Source: a candidate division FCPU426 bacterium (lineage in GTDB: Bacteria > Oederibacteriota > PGYV01 > Palsa-1178). From it: a DNA stretch of 64,000 nt. A program made the position numbers and the translations under genes. The notes beneath the pieces are model-generated. The model did no database searches. It was not told where the DNA came from and saw only the letters and a program-made list of their open reading frames with translations. Positions 41,528-52,100 of this stretch are shown piece by piece (within the stretch, counting starts at the first letter, position 1; every line of letters starts with the position of its first letter). The stretch lies in contig CAWIXE010000001.1 of the NCBI GenBank assembly GCA_963840035.1, positions 192,001 to 256,000 of the forward strand, written 5' to 3'.

Positions 41528-42793
41528 TTATGCCTGGTTGGATTTTTTAAAAATTGACGAGAGAAGTTCCTTTGTTTCCATGACCTGCTCTATGGACTTA
41601 AACGGCAGGCCGAAAAGCATCTTTGATGTGATTAAAACCGTCGCCATGTTTATCGCGGCCGCTATGATCTGGAACACTGGCAGCGAGGCTGCTTCGGCGA
41701 ATTTTTTGCCTGAATCCCTGAACCAGTCCAGGTTGTTTTTAAACACGCCGATAAAATTCACCCACGTCTCATGCAGCACGTCCCTGCGCGTTTCCACCGG
41801 CGCTGTTTCGCCTGGTTCAGCTTTTTGCCTGGAGATGACCGCTATGATGGTCGGCGTACCGAAACGCGCGAAGAGGAACCATGTCATGCCCCTTATGCCG
41901 GCCCACAAAAACGCCGAGAGCAGAAGCGTGGCTGCCATGCCGAGCCTTACAGACTCGCCTGTCTGCTGCGCGATCCACGGTGTTAAGGCGTCGACAAGTT
42001 CCCTGTAGAGGAATACCACTTCAAAGAAAAGAACAAACAGCTCCACTAAAACCATCTGTATTATCTGCTCCACCTTTTTGGTTTTCACAGCCTCGATTAA
42101 AACGTAAAGGCAGGCAAAACTCCCGGTGATTAACAGCAGCAGGAAGAGGAAAAGAAACGGTATGATGAGCCCCTGGCTTTCTATGCCGGTAATGTCCGCT
42201 AAAATCTCAGTCACTGTGGGAAGAAGTGTGTATGTGAAGATAGTCGCCTCAAGCACGCACCACACGAGCGTGACAGTGACCGCCACCCACGGCACGCCGC
42301 CCTGCGAATACTTGCGCGCTATCTCACTGGCGCCTTTAAAGGGAAGCGTGATGACGCGAAGCAGCCCTATGGCCACGGCGCCGATGGTAAGCTTTAAAAG
42401 CTCCCAGAGCCAGCCGAAGCACAGGAAGATAAACTTAACCGAACCTGTCCAGAAATTCCAAATGGAAGTGAGTATGTCCCACCACCCCATGGTTATGGTC
42501 AGAAGAAATTTTATCCTGCCGCTCCTGAAAAGTATGGTGTAAACGGATGCCATGGTAACCCAAACCCCGGCAATAATAAGGAGCACGGGCAGGAGCAGGA
42601 CGAGGGCTTTAAGGATGATAAGGGGGATGTTTCCTGACGAGAAGATAAAGTCAAAAAGTATTTTTTGAAGCGATGGTATCCATGCAAGCGGCGCGAGAAG
42701 AACTGAAGGGTCAAAAGATACTGTAAACTTTCCGGCCTGGTCGATTGCGGCTGTAGCTGCCGCGGTTACGGTTGAAGCGGTTAGGTCATTCAT
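41528..42793 (-). CDS. Polytopic membrane protein of unknown function
   Basis: Many TM segments; ggagg RBS; 11 bp from the downstream lipoprotein start. Confidence 0.7.
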   Translation of the reverse strand: MNDLTASTVTAAATAAIDQAGKFTVSFDPSVLLAPLAWIPSLQKILFDFIFSSGNIPLIILKALVLLLPVLLIIAGVWVTMASVYTILFRSGRIKFLLTITMGWWDILTSIWNFWTGSVKFIFLCFGWLWELLKLTIGAVAIGLLRVITLPFKGASEIARKYSQGGVPWVAVTVTLVWCVLEATIFTYTLLPTVTEILADITGIESQGLIIPFLFLFLLLLITGSFACLYVLIEAVKTKKVEQIIQMVLVELFVLFFEVVFLYRELVDALTPWIAQQTGESVRLGMAATLLLSAFLWAGIRGMTWFLFARFGTPTIIAVISRQKAEPGETAPVETRRDVLHETWVNFIGVFKNNLDWFRDSGKKFAEAASLPVFQIIAAAINMATVLITSKMLFGLPFKSIEQVMETKELLSSIFKKSNQA

Positions 42794-43111
42794 GACAAGC
42801 CTCCCTTTTTTGAATTAGTCTTTTGTTTCCGGTTATAACTTCCGGTACAAAAACACGAATTCTAAAGGGTCAGTTAAGGGATATTATCGTGAAGGCTGAT
42901 GTGCTGATTGGTCCTTTTTTCGGCTGCTTTGAAGGTTTGTTTTGTCATACCATTTACCCCTTTCAATGGATTTGACTTCTTCTTAACCCCATTATAGCAG
43001 CCGTTTTGCAGATGTCAAGAAGAAAATTCCACAATATGAAATCTTTGTTCCACGCTATGGTAGTTTTATGTGTGTTGCGCCTTAAGTTGTTTTTAATGGC
43101 TAATCTGGCAT

Positions 43112-43745
43112 CTGTAGGGGCGATTCACGAATCGCCCGCCTTTGTGAATGGTTATAATTCAACACAAACACGCCCCAGTTTTTTGTAGAGACAGAGCTTG
43201 CTCTGTCTCAGGGCCGGGTTTTGTGGTTTTAAATCATTCAACGTCTGAGACGCAGCCGTTCGATACGTATATGTCGTGAGTATATTATAGAGTTTTAAAT
43301 CATTCAACGTCTGAGACGCAGGCAAGCTGCGTCTCTACAAAAACATTAAACATAAACACGCCTCAGTTTTTTGTAGAGACAGAGCTTGCTCTGACTCAGG
43401 GCCGGGTTTTGTGGTTTTAAATCATTCAACGTCTGAGACGCAGCCGTTCGATACGTATATGTCGTGAGTATATTATAGAGCTCACGGCATATGCAAGCTG
43501 CGTCTCTACAAAAACATAAACACGCCCCCAGTTTTTTGTAGAGACAGAGCTTGCTCTGTCTCAGGGCCGGGTTTTGTGGTTTTAACTCATTCAGCGTCTG
43601 AGACGCAGCCGTTCGATACGTATATGTCGTGAGTATATTATAGAGCTCACGGCATATGCAAGCTGCGTCTCTACAAATATAAAAACACAACTCATGCCTT
43701 CGTTTTTTTTGTAGAGCCGCCGCTTGCTGCGGCTCAGGGCCGGAT
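43112..43745. repeat. REP plus tandem REPIN array (units at 43185, 43373, 43538; partial at 43711) with 48-bp micro-inserts
   Basis: gtagagacagagcttgctctgtctc ... gagacgca..tgcgtctctac repeated. Confidence 0.9.
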
Positions 43746-43763
43746 TTTGCCGCACGGGTGTTT

Positions 43764-44441
43764 TTATTTAACGCCTTTCAACAACGCCTTATGCGCCTTA
43801 TCGCCCGTGTAATGTTTTATCTGCTCTTCCAGCGATTCATGGGCGGCGTTTCCGACTTTGCCTGAGACGCATTTGAGTCCCGCCGTGCCCTGTGAAAGGT
43901 ATTTGGAGTTGTGTCCGTTTATTGTCGTTACAAAGGTCTTATCCCCGTGCCTCATGCATTCAAAAGGCCAGGAAAAACATGTGGAGGGTTTGTAGTGGGT
44001 CCTTTTGAGTTTGTGCTTCTTCGCCAGCAAATCCAGCACGCACAGTATGACGCCGCCTTCTATGACGGAAAGCGCGCATGTGTTGTTCTTCCTGTGGCGC
44101 AGGTAGTGGCTGCCGTCGCGGTTGCGCTCGTAGAGCTTTTCCTTTAAAACCCACGGATATTTTTCTCCGCATTCTTTTTTGCCGATCTTCAGCAGTTTGT
44201 GTATCCTTTTCTCTTCCTCTTTTGTCAGGTCCACGCTGTAGTCGGTGCAGCACGAGCCGTGGTAAATACCCTTCTTTTTCTTCAGACAGACGCGGGGGTC
44301 GCAGGTGTAACCGGTATCAAGCAGTGCCTTGGTATCAAATAAAAACCCGCCGTGCTCGAGGATCTTGTTCTCTTTTTTCAGCTTGTTTACGTAGACCTTA
44401 AATTTCCTTTTATTGACCGGGTCGTGGATTATGGTTTTCAT
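43764..44441 (-). CDS. DUF3109-like Cys-rich protein
   Basis: C..VC..GSCC..C..CVL..KPSTCFSWP. Confidence 0.7.
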   Translation of the reverse strand: MKTIIHDPVNKRKFKVYVNKLKKENKILEHGGFLFDTKALLDTGYTCDPRVCLKKKKGIYHGSCCTDYSVDLTKEEEKRIHKLLKIGKKECGEKYPWVLKEKLYERNRDGSHYLRHRKNNTCALSVIEGGVILCVLDLLAKKHKLKRTHYKPSTCFSWPFECMRHGDKTFVTTINGHNSKYLSQGTAGLKCVSGKVGNAAHESLEEQIKHYTGDKAHKALLKGVK

Positions 44442-44657
44442 TTTTTGTTGTAGAGACGCACTGCGTGCGTCTCGCTCTTTTCTTTTGTTTTTGAACGCGG
44501 GGTATTATATAAGGTAGCAGATGTATTTACAAGCCAAATCCACCTCGCCCGCAGGGGATGCATATATGCATCCCGCAAGGCCGGGTTTGCCTCTGTTGTT
44601 ACAGCCCGCGTCCGGAACGCATATATGCGTCCCCTACGAATCCGTGGACGTAATTTT

Positions 44658-45218
44658 TTACTTCTTCTTCTCCGGGGCCACGGCCGCTTCCACGACTGTT
44701 TTCAGGCTTCCGAGCCTTGCTTCCTGCTCGTCTCCCATCATCTTGTCCATGTTCATCAATACCTGGAATACCTTTGTCATGTAGGAACTCGGGCCGTAAT
44801 TGGCCCATGTGACCTTTGTTTTATTGCCTTCGGCATTAAGGATGAACTCGGAGGTGAACTCAGACTTCATGGGCGCGGTGAATGCAAGCTTCATCTTTAC
44901 CAGCTCATTTGGCTTTGCCTCAGTGATTTCCCTGCTTCCCTGCCCGAGATTTTTGCCCGACCAGGTGCATAAAGCGCCCACGCCCTTTGCCGGTCCGCTG
45001 TAGGTGATCTTAGTATCTGGTTTGTCCTTGTCAAAAAAAGGCGACCACGTCTCCCATAAACGGAAATCCTCTATGAACTGGTAAACCTTAGCAGCCGGCG
45101 CGCCGATGGTGACGGAACGCTCTATCCTGAAAGAATCCGGCTTTGTGGAAGCGTAGAACATCAATCCGGCAACAGCCAAAACAATTAACGCAAGTACGGA
45201 AAGCAGAAACTTTTTCAT
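44658..45218 (-). CDS. SRPBCC-family protein
   Basis: PDSFRIERSVTI.AP..W..WSP..GP..GVGA. Confidence 0.85.
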   Translation of the reverse strand: MKKFLLSVLALIVLAVAGLMFYASTKPDSFRIERSVTIGAPAAKVYQFIEDFRLWETWSPFFDKDKPDTKITYSGPAKGVGALCTWSGKNLGQGSREITEAKPNELVKMKLAFTAPMKSEFTSEFILNAEGNKTKVTWANYGPSSYMTKVFQVLMNMDKMMGDEQEARLGSLKTVVEAAVAPEKKK

Positions 45219-45561
45219 AATACCCCCAATTTTTACCGCTTTAATGCGGCGTGATAATCATAAAGTTCCAGGTCAAAGACGGTAGTATAGATATACGTGT
45301 GGGAAACGGGTTTGTCAAGGAAGGCCAATCCCGCCATTTGGATTTGTCCATATATTACAATCCGCATCCGGAGCGCGTACAACCTGTTGTTTTTGTAGAG
45401 ACGCAGTTTGCTGCGTCTCAAACGCAGGGTTTAGATTCCGGAAAAAACGAGACACAGCAAGCTGTGTCTCTACAAAATCGAAAAATCTTGCGCGCGCCGA
45501 ATATGGTTTTAATGCCTGTGGCTTATAACTGCATACGGACAGCGCGGGAGCGCTGTCCCTA

Positions 45562-46005
45562 CTAACAACCCCGGGGAACTTCCTCGGCTATTTTTTTCAT
45601 CGCGTGCATCATCATATCCCAGCCGTCCTGCGAGTGTTTTCTTTCTTCCTCGTTTGCGTTATTGTCCTGCTCCAGGGTGAAGTCGGTTTCAGTGCCCGCT
45701 GCTATAAGCGTCATGGTTATGGTGTGGTAGTTTTCGGGTTTGTCTGCCAGGCCTGAGAGCGGGCTGAAGTGTGTGTAAACAATTTTGCGTCCCGGGTCAA
45801 CTTCCAGAACTGTCCCCTTATCCTCATAAGGCGCGCCCTTCCACATGCCTTTGATGGAAAGCGGGCTTCCCGGTTTCCAGTCGCACGTAACATCCGCGCC
45901 GTACATGTACTTTTTGATAAGGACCGGGTCGGTAAGAGCTTTCCACACATTGGACTCGGGTGCCTCGATGTGGAGTGAAACCACTGCGGTTAAACCTTTT
46001 GCCAT
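45562..46005 (-). CDS. SRPBCC/AHSA1-like protein
   Basis: IEAP...VWKALTDP..DWKPGS..GW. Confidence 0.85.
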   Translation of the reverse strand: MAKGLTAVVSLHIEAPESNVWKALTDPVLIKKYMYGADVTCDWKPGSPLSIKGMWKGAPYEDKGTVLEVDPGRKIVYTHFSPLSGLADKPENYHTITMTLIAAGTETDFTLEQDNNANEEERKHSQDGWDMMMHAMKKIAEEVPRGC

Positions 46006-46139
46006 GATACCCCCTCCTGTTCAATAATTACTAATTACCAATTACTAATGACTAATTATGGTCTGTTCTCGTCATTTCATTCCTCGAACTATTATAATAA
46101 AACGTGCAACAGCACACCATCATTAGTAATTAGTAATTA

Positions 46140-46883
46140 TTAATTATTACCTGTTTTTTGAACCACCTTTGCTTCCACAGCCTGCGGCCTTATGATGGTC
46201 ATTACGTTTTTTGGCCTCGGGTTTCCGTTGTCCGGGTATGTCAGGTACATTATGTGCAGGTGCGTGGGCGACCTTTTGGCGTAGGCGTTTTTTCCCGTCC
46301 TGCCGACCGTGCCTATGGGGTCGCCCCTTTTTATCATCTGGCCGACCTTTACAAATACAAAATCCATGTGCGCGTAATAAAAGAGCCCCTTTGTCACAGG
46401 GTCGTATATCCACACGTAATTCCCGCCTTTATATTTGCTCGTGGGCTGCCAGGAGGTAAACATGGATACCACTATGCCGGGCCCTACCGAAAGGATCCTC
46501 ACCGGGTTTATGGTCTTATCGTCGTAGCAGTCCTTGTTGTTATCCCTTATGAATATGTCAAGCGCCGGGTGGTCCGAGTGTTTGTTCATGTCGTAAAAAT
46601 TATATCCCCTGGGCTCATACCCTTTCAAGGCCGCGTCATCCACGCTGTAGCCTTCCACGGGGAATTTTCCCGTGTAAGGCGCGATTATGCCGCCGTTGTC
46701 GGTAAAGTATTTGTCAAGCAAAGGCCGCAGGTTCTTTATCCTGTCCTTTGCCGTGGGTATGTCGATATCAGAGTCGCGGATGGCCACTTCCGTGTCATGC
46801 CACTGCTGGGGGATGGTGATGCAGAAGGCCGCGGAGGCTGTTAACAACAACGCTGTTATTATTATGATCGTTTTTTTGCCCAT
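46140..46883 (-). CDS. M23-family metallopeptidase
   Basis: HPALD, GGNYV, YYAHM, IGTVGRTG, HLH; signal peptide from MGKK. Confidence 0.9.
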   Translation of the reverse strand: MGKKTIIIITALLLTASAAFCITIPQQWHDTEVAIRDSDIDIPTAKDRIKNLRPLLDKYFTDNGGIIAPYTGKFPVEGYSVDDAALKGYEPRGYNFYDMNKHSDHPALDIFIRDNNKDCYDDKTINPVRILSVGPGIVVSMFTSWQPTSKYKGGNYVWIYDPVTKGLFYYAHMDFVFVKVGQMIKRGDPIGTVGRTGKNAYAKRSPTHLHIMYLTYPDNGNPRPKNVMTIIRPQAVEAKVVQKTGNN

Positions 46884-46999
46884 CAAAATCCATCCTTTTT
46901 TATCATTTGCATTTCGTAGAGAGGGGGCTTGCCCCCTCTCAGACGCAGGCCTTAAAACAATCCTCGTTTGAGAGCCAGCAAGCCGGCTCTCTACAACTT

Positions 47000-47108
47000 C
47001 CTGCCTTACGCAACCTGAAGATGCCATTGCTCAATTAGTTAACAAATATTAAATAAGGATCAATCCTTCTCATCTTGTCGTGTTACACACGACCAGGTTG
47101 CGGCTACC
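47000..47108. repeat. GTAGCCGCA REP interrupted by a 74-bp insert
   Basis: The reverse complement of 2457-2489 is split at AG by 47021-47094. Confidence 0.75.
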
Positions 47109-47123
47109 AATACTCAATATATA

Positions 47124-49013
47124 TTATTCTTTTTCTTTCTTCAAAACCACCACGCTTAAAGGAGGCAACGTCAGGCTTGCCTGATACTGGTACCCGTGCG
47201 AGGGCTGCATGTACGCTTTTACTCCCCCGTAATTTCCCATGCCGCTTCCGCCGTAAATCTCCGCGTCTGAATTCAGCATTTCCTTCCAGGTACCTTCGCT
47301 TGGCAGGCCTATGTAGTAATTATACCTTGGCACCGGGGTGAAGTTGCATATTACGGCGATTGACTCTTTAGGGTCAGAGCAGTTCCTCATGAACGCAAGT
47401 GTCGAGCCGTCTATGTCGCTGCAGTCTATCCACTCAAAACCGCGGTAGTCAAAATCATTTTCATAAAGCGCTTTTTCCGTTTTATAAAGCGCGTTTAGGT
47501 CAGATACCCATTTTTTCACGCCGGCATGGAGCGGGTACTGCAGCAAATCCCACTCTACGGAGTTGTTGAAATTCCACTCCCTGCCCTGGCCTATCTCGCA
47601 GCCCATGAAGATGAGCTTTTTGCCCGGGTGGCCGTACATGAAACCGAAAAGGAGCCTTAAGTTCGCGAACTTCTGCCACTCGTCGCCGGGCATTTTATTT
47701 AAAAGCGACCCTTTGCCGTGCACCACTTCGTCATGCGAATAAGGCAGCATGAAATTTTCGCTGAAAGCGTATAAAAGCCCGAAGGTGAGCTTGTTGTGGT
47801 TATACTTGCGGTATATGGGGTCCTGTGACGCGTAATCCAGAGAGTCGTGCATCCACCCCATGTTCCACTTCATGCCAAAGCCCAGCCCGCCCATGTAAAT
47901 GGGCTTGGAGACCATGGGCCACGATGTTGACTCCTCGGCTATTGTCTGCACTCCCGGGAATTCCTTATATACCATCTCATTGAACCTTTTTAAGAAATTT
48001 ATCGCCTCTATGTTTTCCCTGCCGCCGTATTCATTTGGTATCCACTCGCCCGCTTTCCTGGAATAGTCCAGGTAAAGCATGGAAGCCACGGCGTCCACGC
48101 GCAACCCGTCGGCGTGGTATTTGTCCAGCCAGAAAAAGGCGTTTGAGATGAGGAAGTTCCTCACCTCGTTGCGGCCAAAGTTGAAGATGGAGCTCTTCCA
48201 GTCCGGGTGGAAGCCCTGGCGCTTGTCCTCGTGCTCGTATAAATGCGTGCCGTCAAAATATCCCAGTCCGTACTCGTCAGTGGGAAAGTGCGAAGGCACC
48301 CAGTCTAATATGACGCCTATGCCGTTTTGGTGCATGTAATCCACAAAGTACATGAAGTCCTGCGGCGTGCCAAAGCGCGAAGTGGGCGCGAAGTAGCCGC
48401 CTGTCTGGTAGCCCCACGAGCCGTAAAAAGGGTGCTCCATGATGGGCATGAGCTCCACGTGGGTAAATCCCGTCTCCTTTATATAAGCGGCCAGTTCGTG
48501 AGCCAGTTCCCTGTAGTTTAAGGACTCTATGCCGTGTTTCTTCCACGACCCGGCGTGCACTTCATAAACGGAAAAAGGCTTATTTAACGCGTTGGATTCC
48601 TGCCGCGTGGCCATCCAGCCCGCGTCGTCCCACTTATAATCCAGGGGCCACGCCACGGAAGCGGTCTTGGGCGCGATCTCCCAAGAAGTACCGAAGGGGT
48701 CGCCCTTTTCCACCTTGTACATGTTGAACTTCGAGCTTATGAAAAATTTATATAATGTCCCTTTTTTTAACCCCGGTATAAACCCTTCCCATATGCCTGA
48801 GCCGTCCAGCCGCAGGTTAAGGGGGTTCTTGGAATTGTCCCAGTTATTAAAAGTGCCGATGACAGCCACATACTCCGCGTTAGGCGCCCAGACTGCGAAC
48901 TGTATGCCCTCGGGTAAAATCTGCGCTCCCATTTTCTCGTATAATTTGAAATGATTGCCCTGTTTGAAAAGGAATATGTCGCCTTCGGTAAGTAAACTGC
49001 GGTTTTCGGACAT
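47124..49013 (-). CDS. glgB: 1,4-alpha-glucan branching enzyme (GH13)
   Basis: [48 protein letters not shown]. Confidence 0.97.
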   Translation of the reverse strand: MSENRSLLTEGDIFLFKQGNHFKLYEKMGAQILPEGIQFAVWAPNAEYVAVIGTFNNWDNSKNPLNLRLDGSGIWEGFIPGLKKGTLYKFFISSKFNMYKVEKGDPFGTSWEIAPKTASVAWPLDYKWDDAGWMATRQESNALNKPFSVYEVHAGSWKKHGIESLNYRELAHELAAYIKETGFTHVELMPIMEHPFYGSWGYQTGGYFAPTSRFGTPQDFMYFVDYMHQNGIGVILDWVPSHFPTDEYGLGYFDGTHLYEHEDKRQGFHPDWKSSIFNFGRNEVRNFLISNAFFWLDKYHADGLRVDAVASMLYLDYSRKAGEWIPNEYGGRENIEAINFLKRFNEMVYKEFPGVQTIAEESTSWPMVSKPIYMGGLGFGMKWNMGWMHDSLDYASQDPIYRKYNHNKLTFGLLYAFSENFMLPYSHDEVVHGKGSLLNKMPGDEWQKFANLRLLFGFMYGHPGKKLIFMGCEIGQGREWNFNNSVEWDLLQYPLHAGVKKWVSDLNALYKTEKALYENDFDYRGFEWIDCSDIDGSTLAFMRNCSDPKESIAVICNFTPVPRYNYYIGLPSEGTWKEMLNSDAEIYGGSGMGNYGGVKAYMQPSHGYQYQASLTLPPLSVVVLKKEKE

Positions 49014-49052
49014 GTGAACCTCGTTTTATTATTTTTAAAAACAGTGCATTTT

Positions 49053-49140
49053 CTTAACCCTTATCCTTATCACTTATCCTCAGCCTTTAGACCTTAAGTC
49101 TAAGAGCTAAGGATAAGAATTAAGGGTAATGGTTAAGAAG
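49053..49140. repeat. Hexamer-based (CTTAAC/CTTATC) inverted-repeat element
   Basis: cttaacccttatccttatcacttatcct..aggataagaattaagggtaatggttaag; related copies at about 53656, 55558 and 62828. Confidence 0.8.
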
Positions 49141-49145
49141 CCCCT

Positions 49146-52100
49146 TTACTTCATAACCACAACCGGTTCTGTCACACCATATTTTACAACACCTTGCAGT
49201 GTGATTTCCATCCTTATTATATACATTCCCGATGCGAGCCCCTTTAAGTCTGCCGTATATGCGTTTGAGGCTGTGATGCTGCTTTCAAACTTCCTTACAA
49301 GCCTTAAAGCCGGCGTGTATATCCTTATTATTGCCTTATCCCCCTGTGAGCCCTGCTTTACGGATATGTTGAGCGTGCCTTTTGCCGGATTTGGGTATAT
49401 GACAAACAGGTCTTTTTGCCTGTATGAAAGCATGGGCGTTGACGTGGCTGTCGCGGTATTGCCCGGTGTCGATGTTTTCGTCGCCGTGGACGTGGGTGTC
49501 GCGGTTTTCGTGTGGGTGGCAGTGCATGTTTTCGTGGCTGTGGAAGTTTCCGTCAGCGTTGGAGTGTCAGTGGCAGTATAAGTGCGCGTGGCTGTATCAG
49601 TTATCACCGGGGTATTTGCCGGCGTTTGGGTCAGGGTAAATGTCCCTGTCGCGGACAATGTGGCCGTGGCCGTGGCTGAGGCAGTGTCAGTGGCTGTAAC
49701 AGCGGGAGTGCCCGTTGCCGTGGATGTGGCTGTGGGCGTGGGCGAGGAAGTATTTGTGGCTGTAATTGTCGGGGTCCGGGAAGCGGTCCCTGTGGCGCTT
49801 GATGTCGCCGTAACAGTGGCGCTTAATGTCACGGTATATGTCTCCGTTACTGTCATGGTCATGCTCTGCGTGGATGAGACCGTAACTGTCAGGGTTTCCG
49901 TGCAGGTGGCCGTGGCTGTACCTGATGGAGCCTGTGTCGCGGTATCAGTGGCTGTGCCCGTGCATGTCACCGTGCCGGAAACCGTCGCTGTGGCCGTGAG
50001 CGTCGGCGTCTGCGTCGGACTCGACGCGGGTGTCAGCGTCGCGGTCGCCGTAAAAGTGGGGGTGGATGTTTTGGAGTAAACAGGCGTCACGGTCGCCGTG
50101 GGTCCTCCGTAAAAATATATTTCGTCCAGGTACCACTGGTTCCCCGTGTTATTTGACGCTGCGCCTGATATCTCCATCACTGCCCATATTATTTTTTCCA
50201 GGTGCTGCGCAACGCTTGAAATAAGCGTTGTCTGCCCATCTCCCCAGCCGGGATTTGTGAACGAACCCCACGGTATGGTGACCTGTGTCCACGCCGCGTT
50301 CGGCGTCCAGTCATAATACCAGTATGAAAAATCCGTAATGTTCGAGGACTGGAGCATGATCCTGAAGCTCACCGGAGTGCCCGCGCCCTTGGTACCCTTC
50401 ATGAAAAGTTTTAAGCCGGAGTAGGCGCTTACGTCCTGCTCAGTGGCTCCTCCGTTTAAATCCGTAAAAGCCTGTATGGAGGAGTATCCGGCCGTTGACG
50501 TGACATTGCCCGACAGATACCCCGCGTAATTTGTAGAGTTCGCGCCGCCCGGCGAGGATATGAATGAACCCGTGTTCACGCCGCCGTCATAGAAATACCA
50601 CCTGCCGCCGGGCGAATTATATGTTATCTCATCGTCCTCAAAATCATCTATGAGCAGCCCTGACAGGGCCGCGGTCGCAGCCGGGGTAAAGGTGGAAGTC
50701 ACTGTGCGCGTGAGCGTGGCAGCGGCTGTAACGGTATCTGTCACCGCCGGGGTTTCCGTGGCGCTGTAAACCGGGGTCTTCGTGGCAGTGGCTGTTTTTG
50801 TGGGGCTGGCCGACGCGGTCGGGCTTATGGTGGGTGTTTCCGTAATGGTCCATGACTGCGTGGCCGTGGCAATGACGGTCAGCGTTTTTGTTATGGTGAA
50901 AGTTTTTGTCACTGTCGGGGTCATGGGGTCGTATGACTTTACTTCTATGGCGTTAATCAGCGGAACGCCGGCCGGCCCGTATGCCAGGCTGATGTTGAGG
51001 ATGCCGTCGTTAACATCCGCGTAATATGTCCTGTCCACGTACTTAAGCGGCCCTCCGGCAGCCGATATAATATCAAAATTAGTTGCCACAAGCGCGCCTT
51101 CAACGGTCATGTTAAAGAGCCTCTGCCCGGGCAGGGTGTTTTCGTTGTCCGAAAAACGCAGCCTGACATTGTATTTGCCCGCGGGCAGTTGTATCCTGTA
51201 TTCCAGGTTGCCATAGCATACGGAGTTAAACAGGGTGTCATCCAGTGTGTTTGTCACATCGCCCGGCCTGGCTGCCATGGCCCCCATGTATATTCCCCAG
51301 GTATTCGCGCCGAAGTAATACCGGTCCGCCTGCCACGCGTCGCCGTTTGTGTCAGTGTACAGGGCGCCGCCGCAGTTTATCCTCACGGGCGCAATCGGCG
51401 TGGGCGTGATGGTGGGTATGGGAGTGAGCGTGTGCGTCGCGGTAAAACTCGGCGTGCACGCCAGCGGATAGCACCCGTCAGTGGGCGAGGCTGTCGGCGT
51501 CTCATAAGGCACGTCCGCCGTGATGGCCGCGGCCAGCACAAAACAAAATGCGGCCTGCCAGTTTATGGCTATCTCGTTCACGAAAAAATTATTCACGTTA
51601 TCCTGCCAGCACTTGGCCGGCGCGCCCACGTTATAGTCAAACTGATTGGCTCCGCCGGCTATGAGTCCGGGCCACGGGTTTGTGATGCCGTCGGCGAGAG
51701 ACTGCCTGTGGTGCGGGTTCATGAATGCCCTGTCCCCCTCGGCCGTGACATAGCTTGTGTTGAAAGGGTTCCTTCCGAGCATGTAGTGCACCATTTCAAG
51801 GGCGCCCTGCTTATACGCGGCGTTGCCCGTCATCTCATAGGCGGCCAGAAGTTTTATGCCGCTGTTTAAACCCGCGGCATTTGACCCCCAGATGTAATCC
51901 CCGGGCAAAAGCGTGTACTTATATCCTGACGCGGACAACCTGGCTAAAAGCGTGTTCGCGCTGTTCGTGAATGATGTTTTTATGGCCGCGGCAGCGGCCG
52001 CGTTCTTTGAGGGCTGTGAAGAAAGAGCGTAGGACCACAGCGCTATGTCCTGCAGGTTCTGCCAGTCCCCGCCTAAAAGCGGATCGGCCTTGAATGTGTA

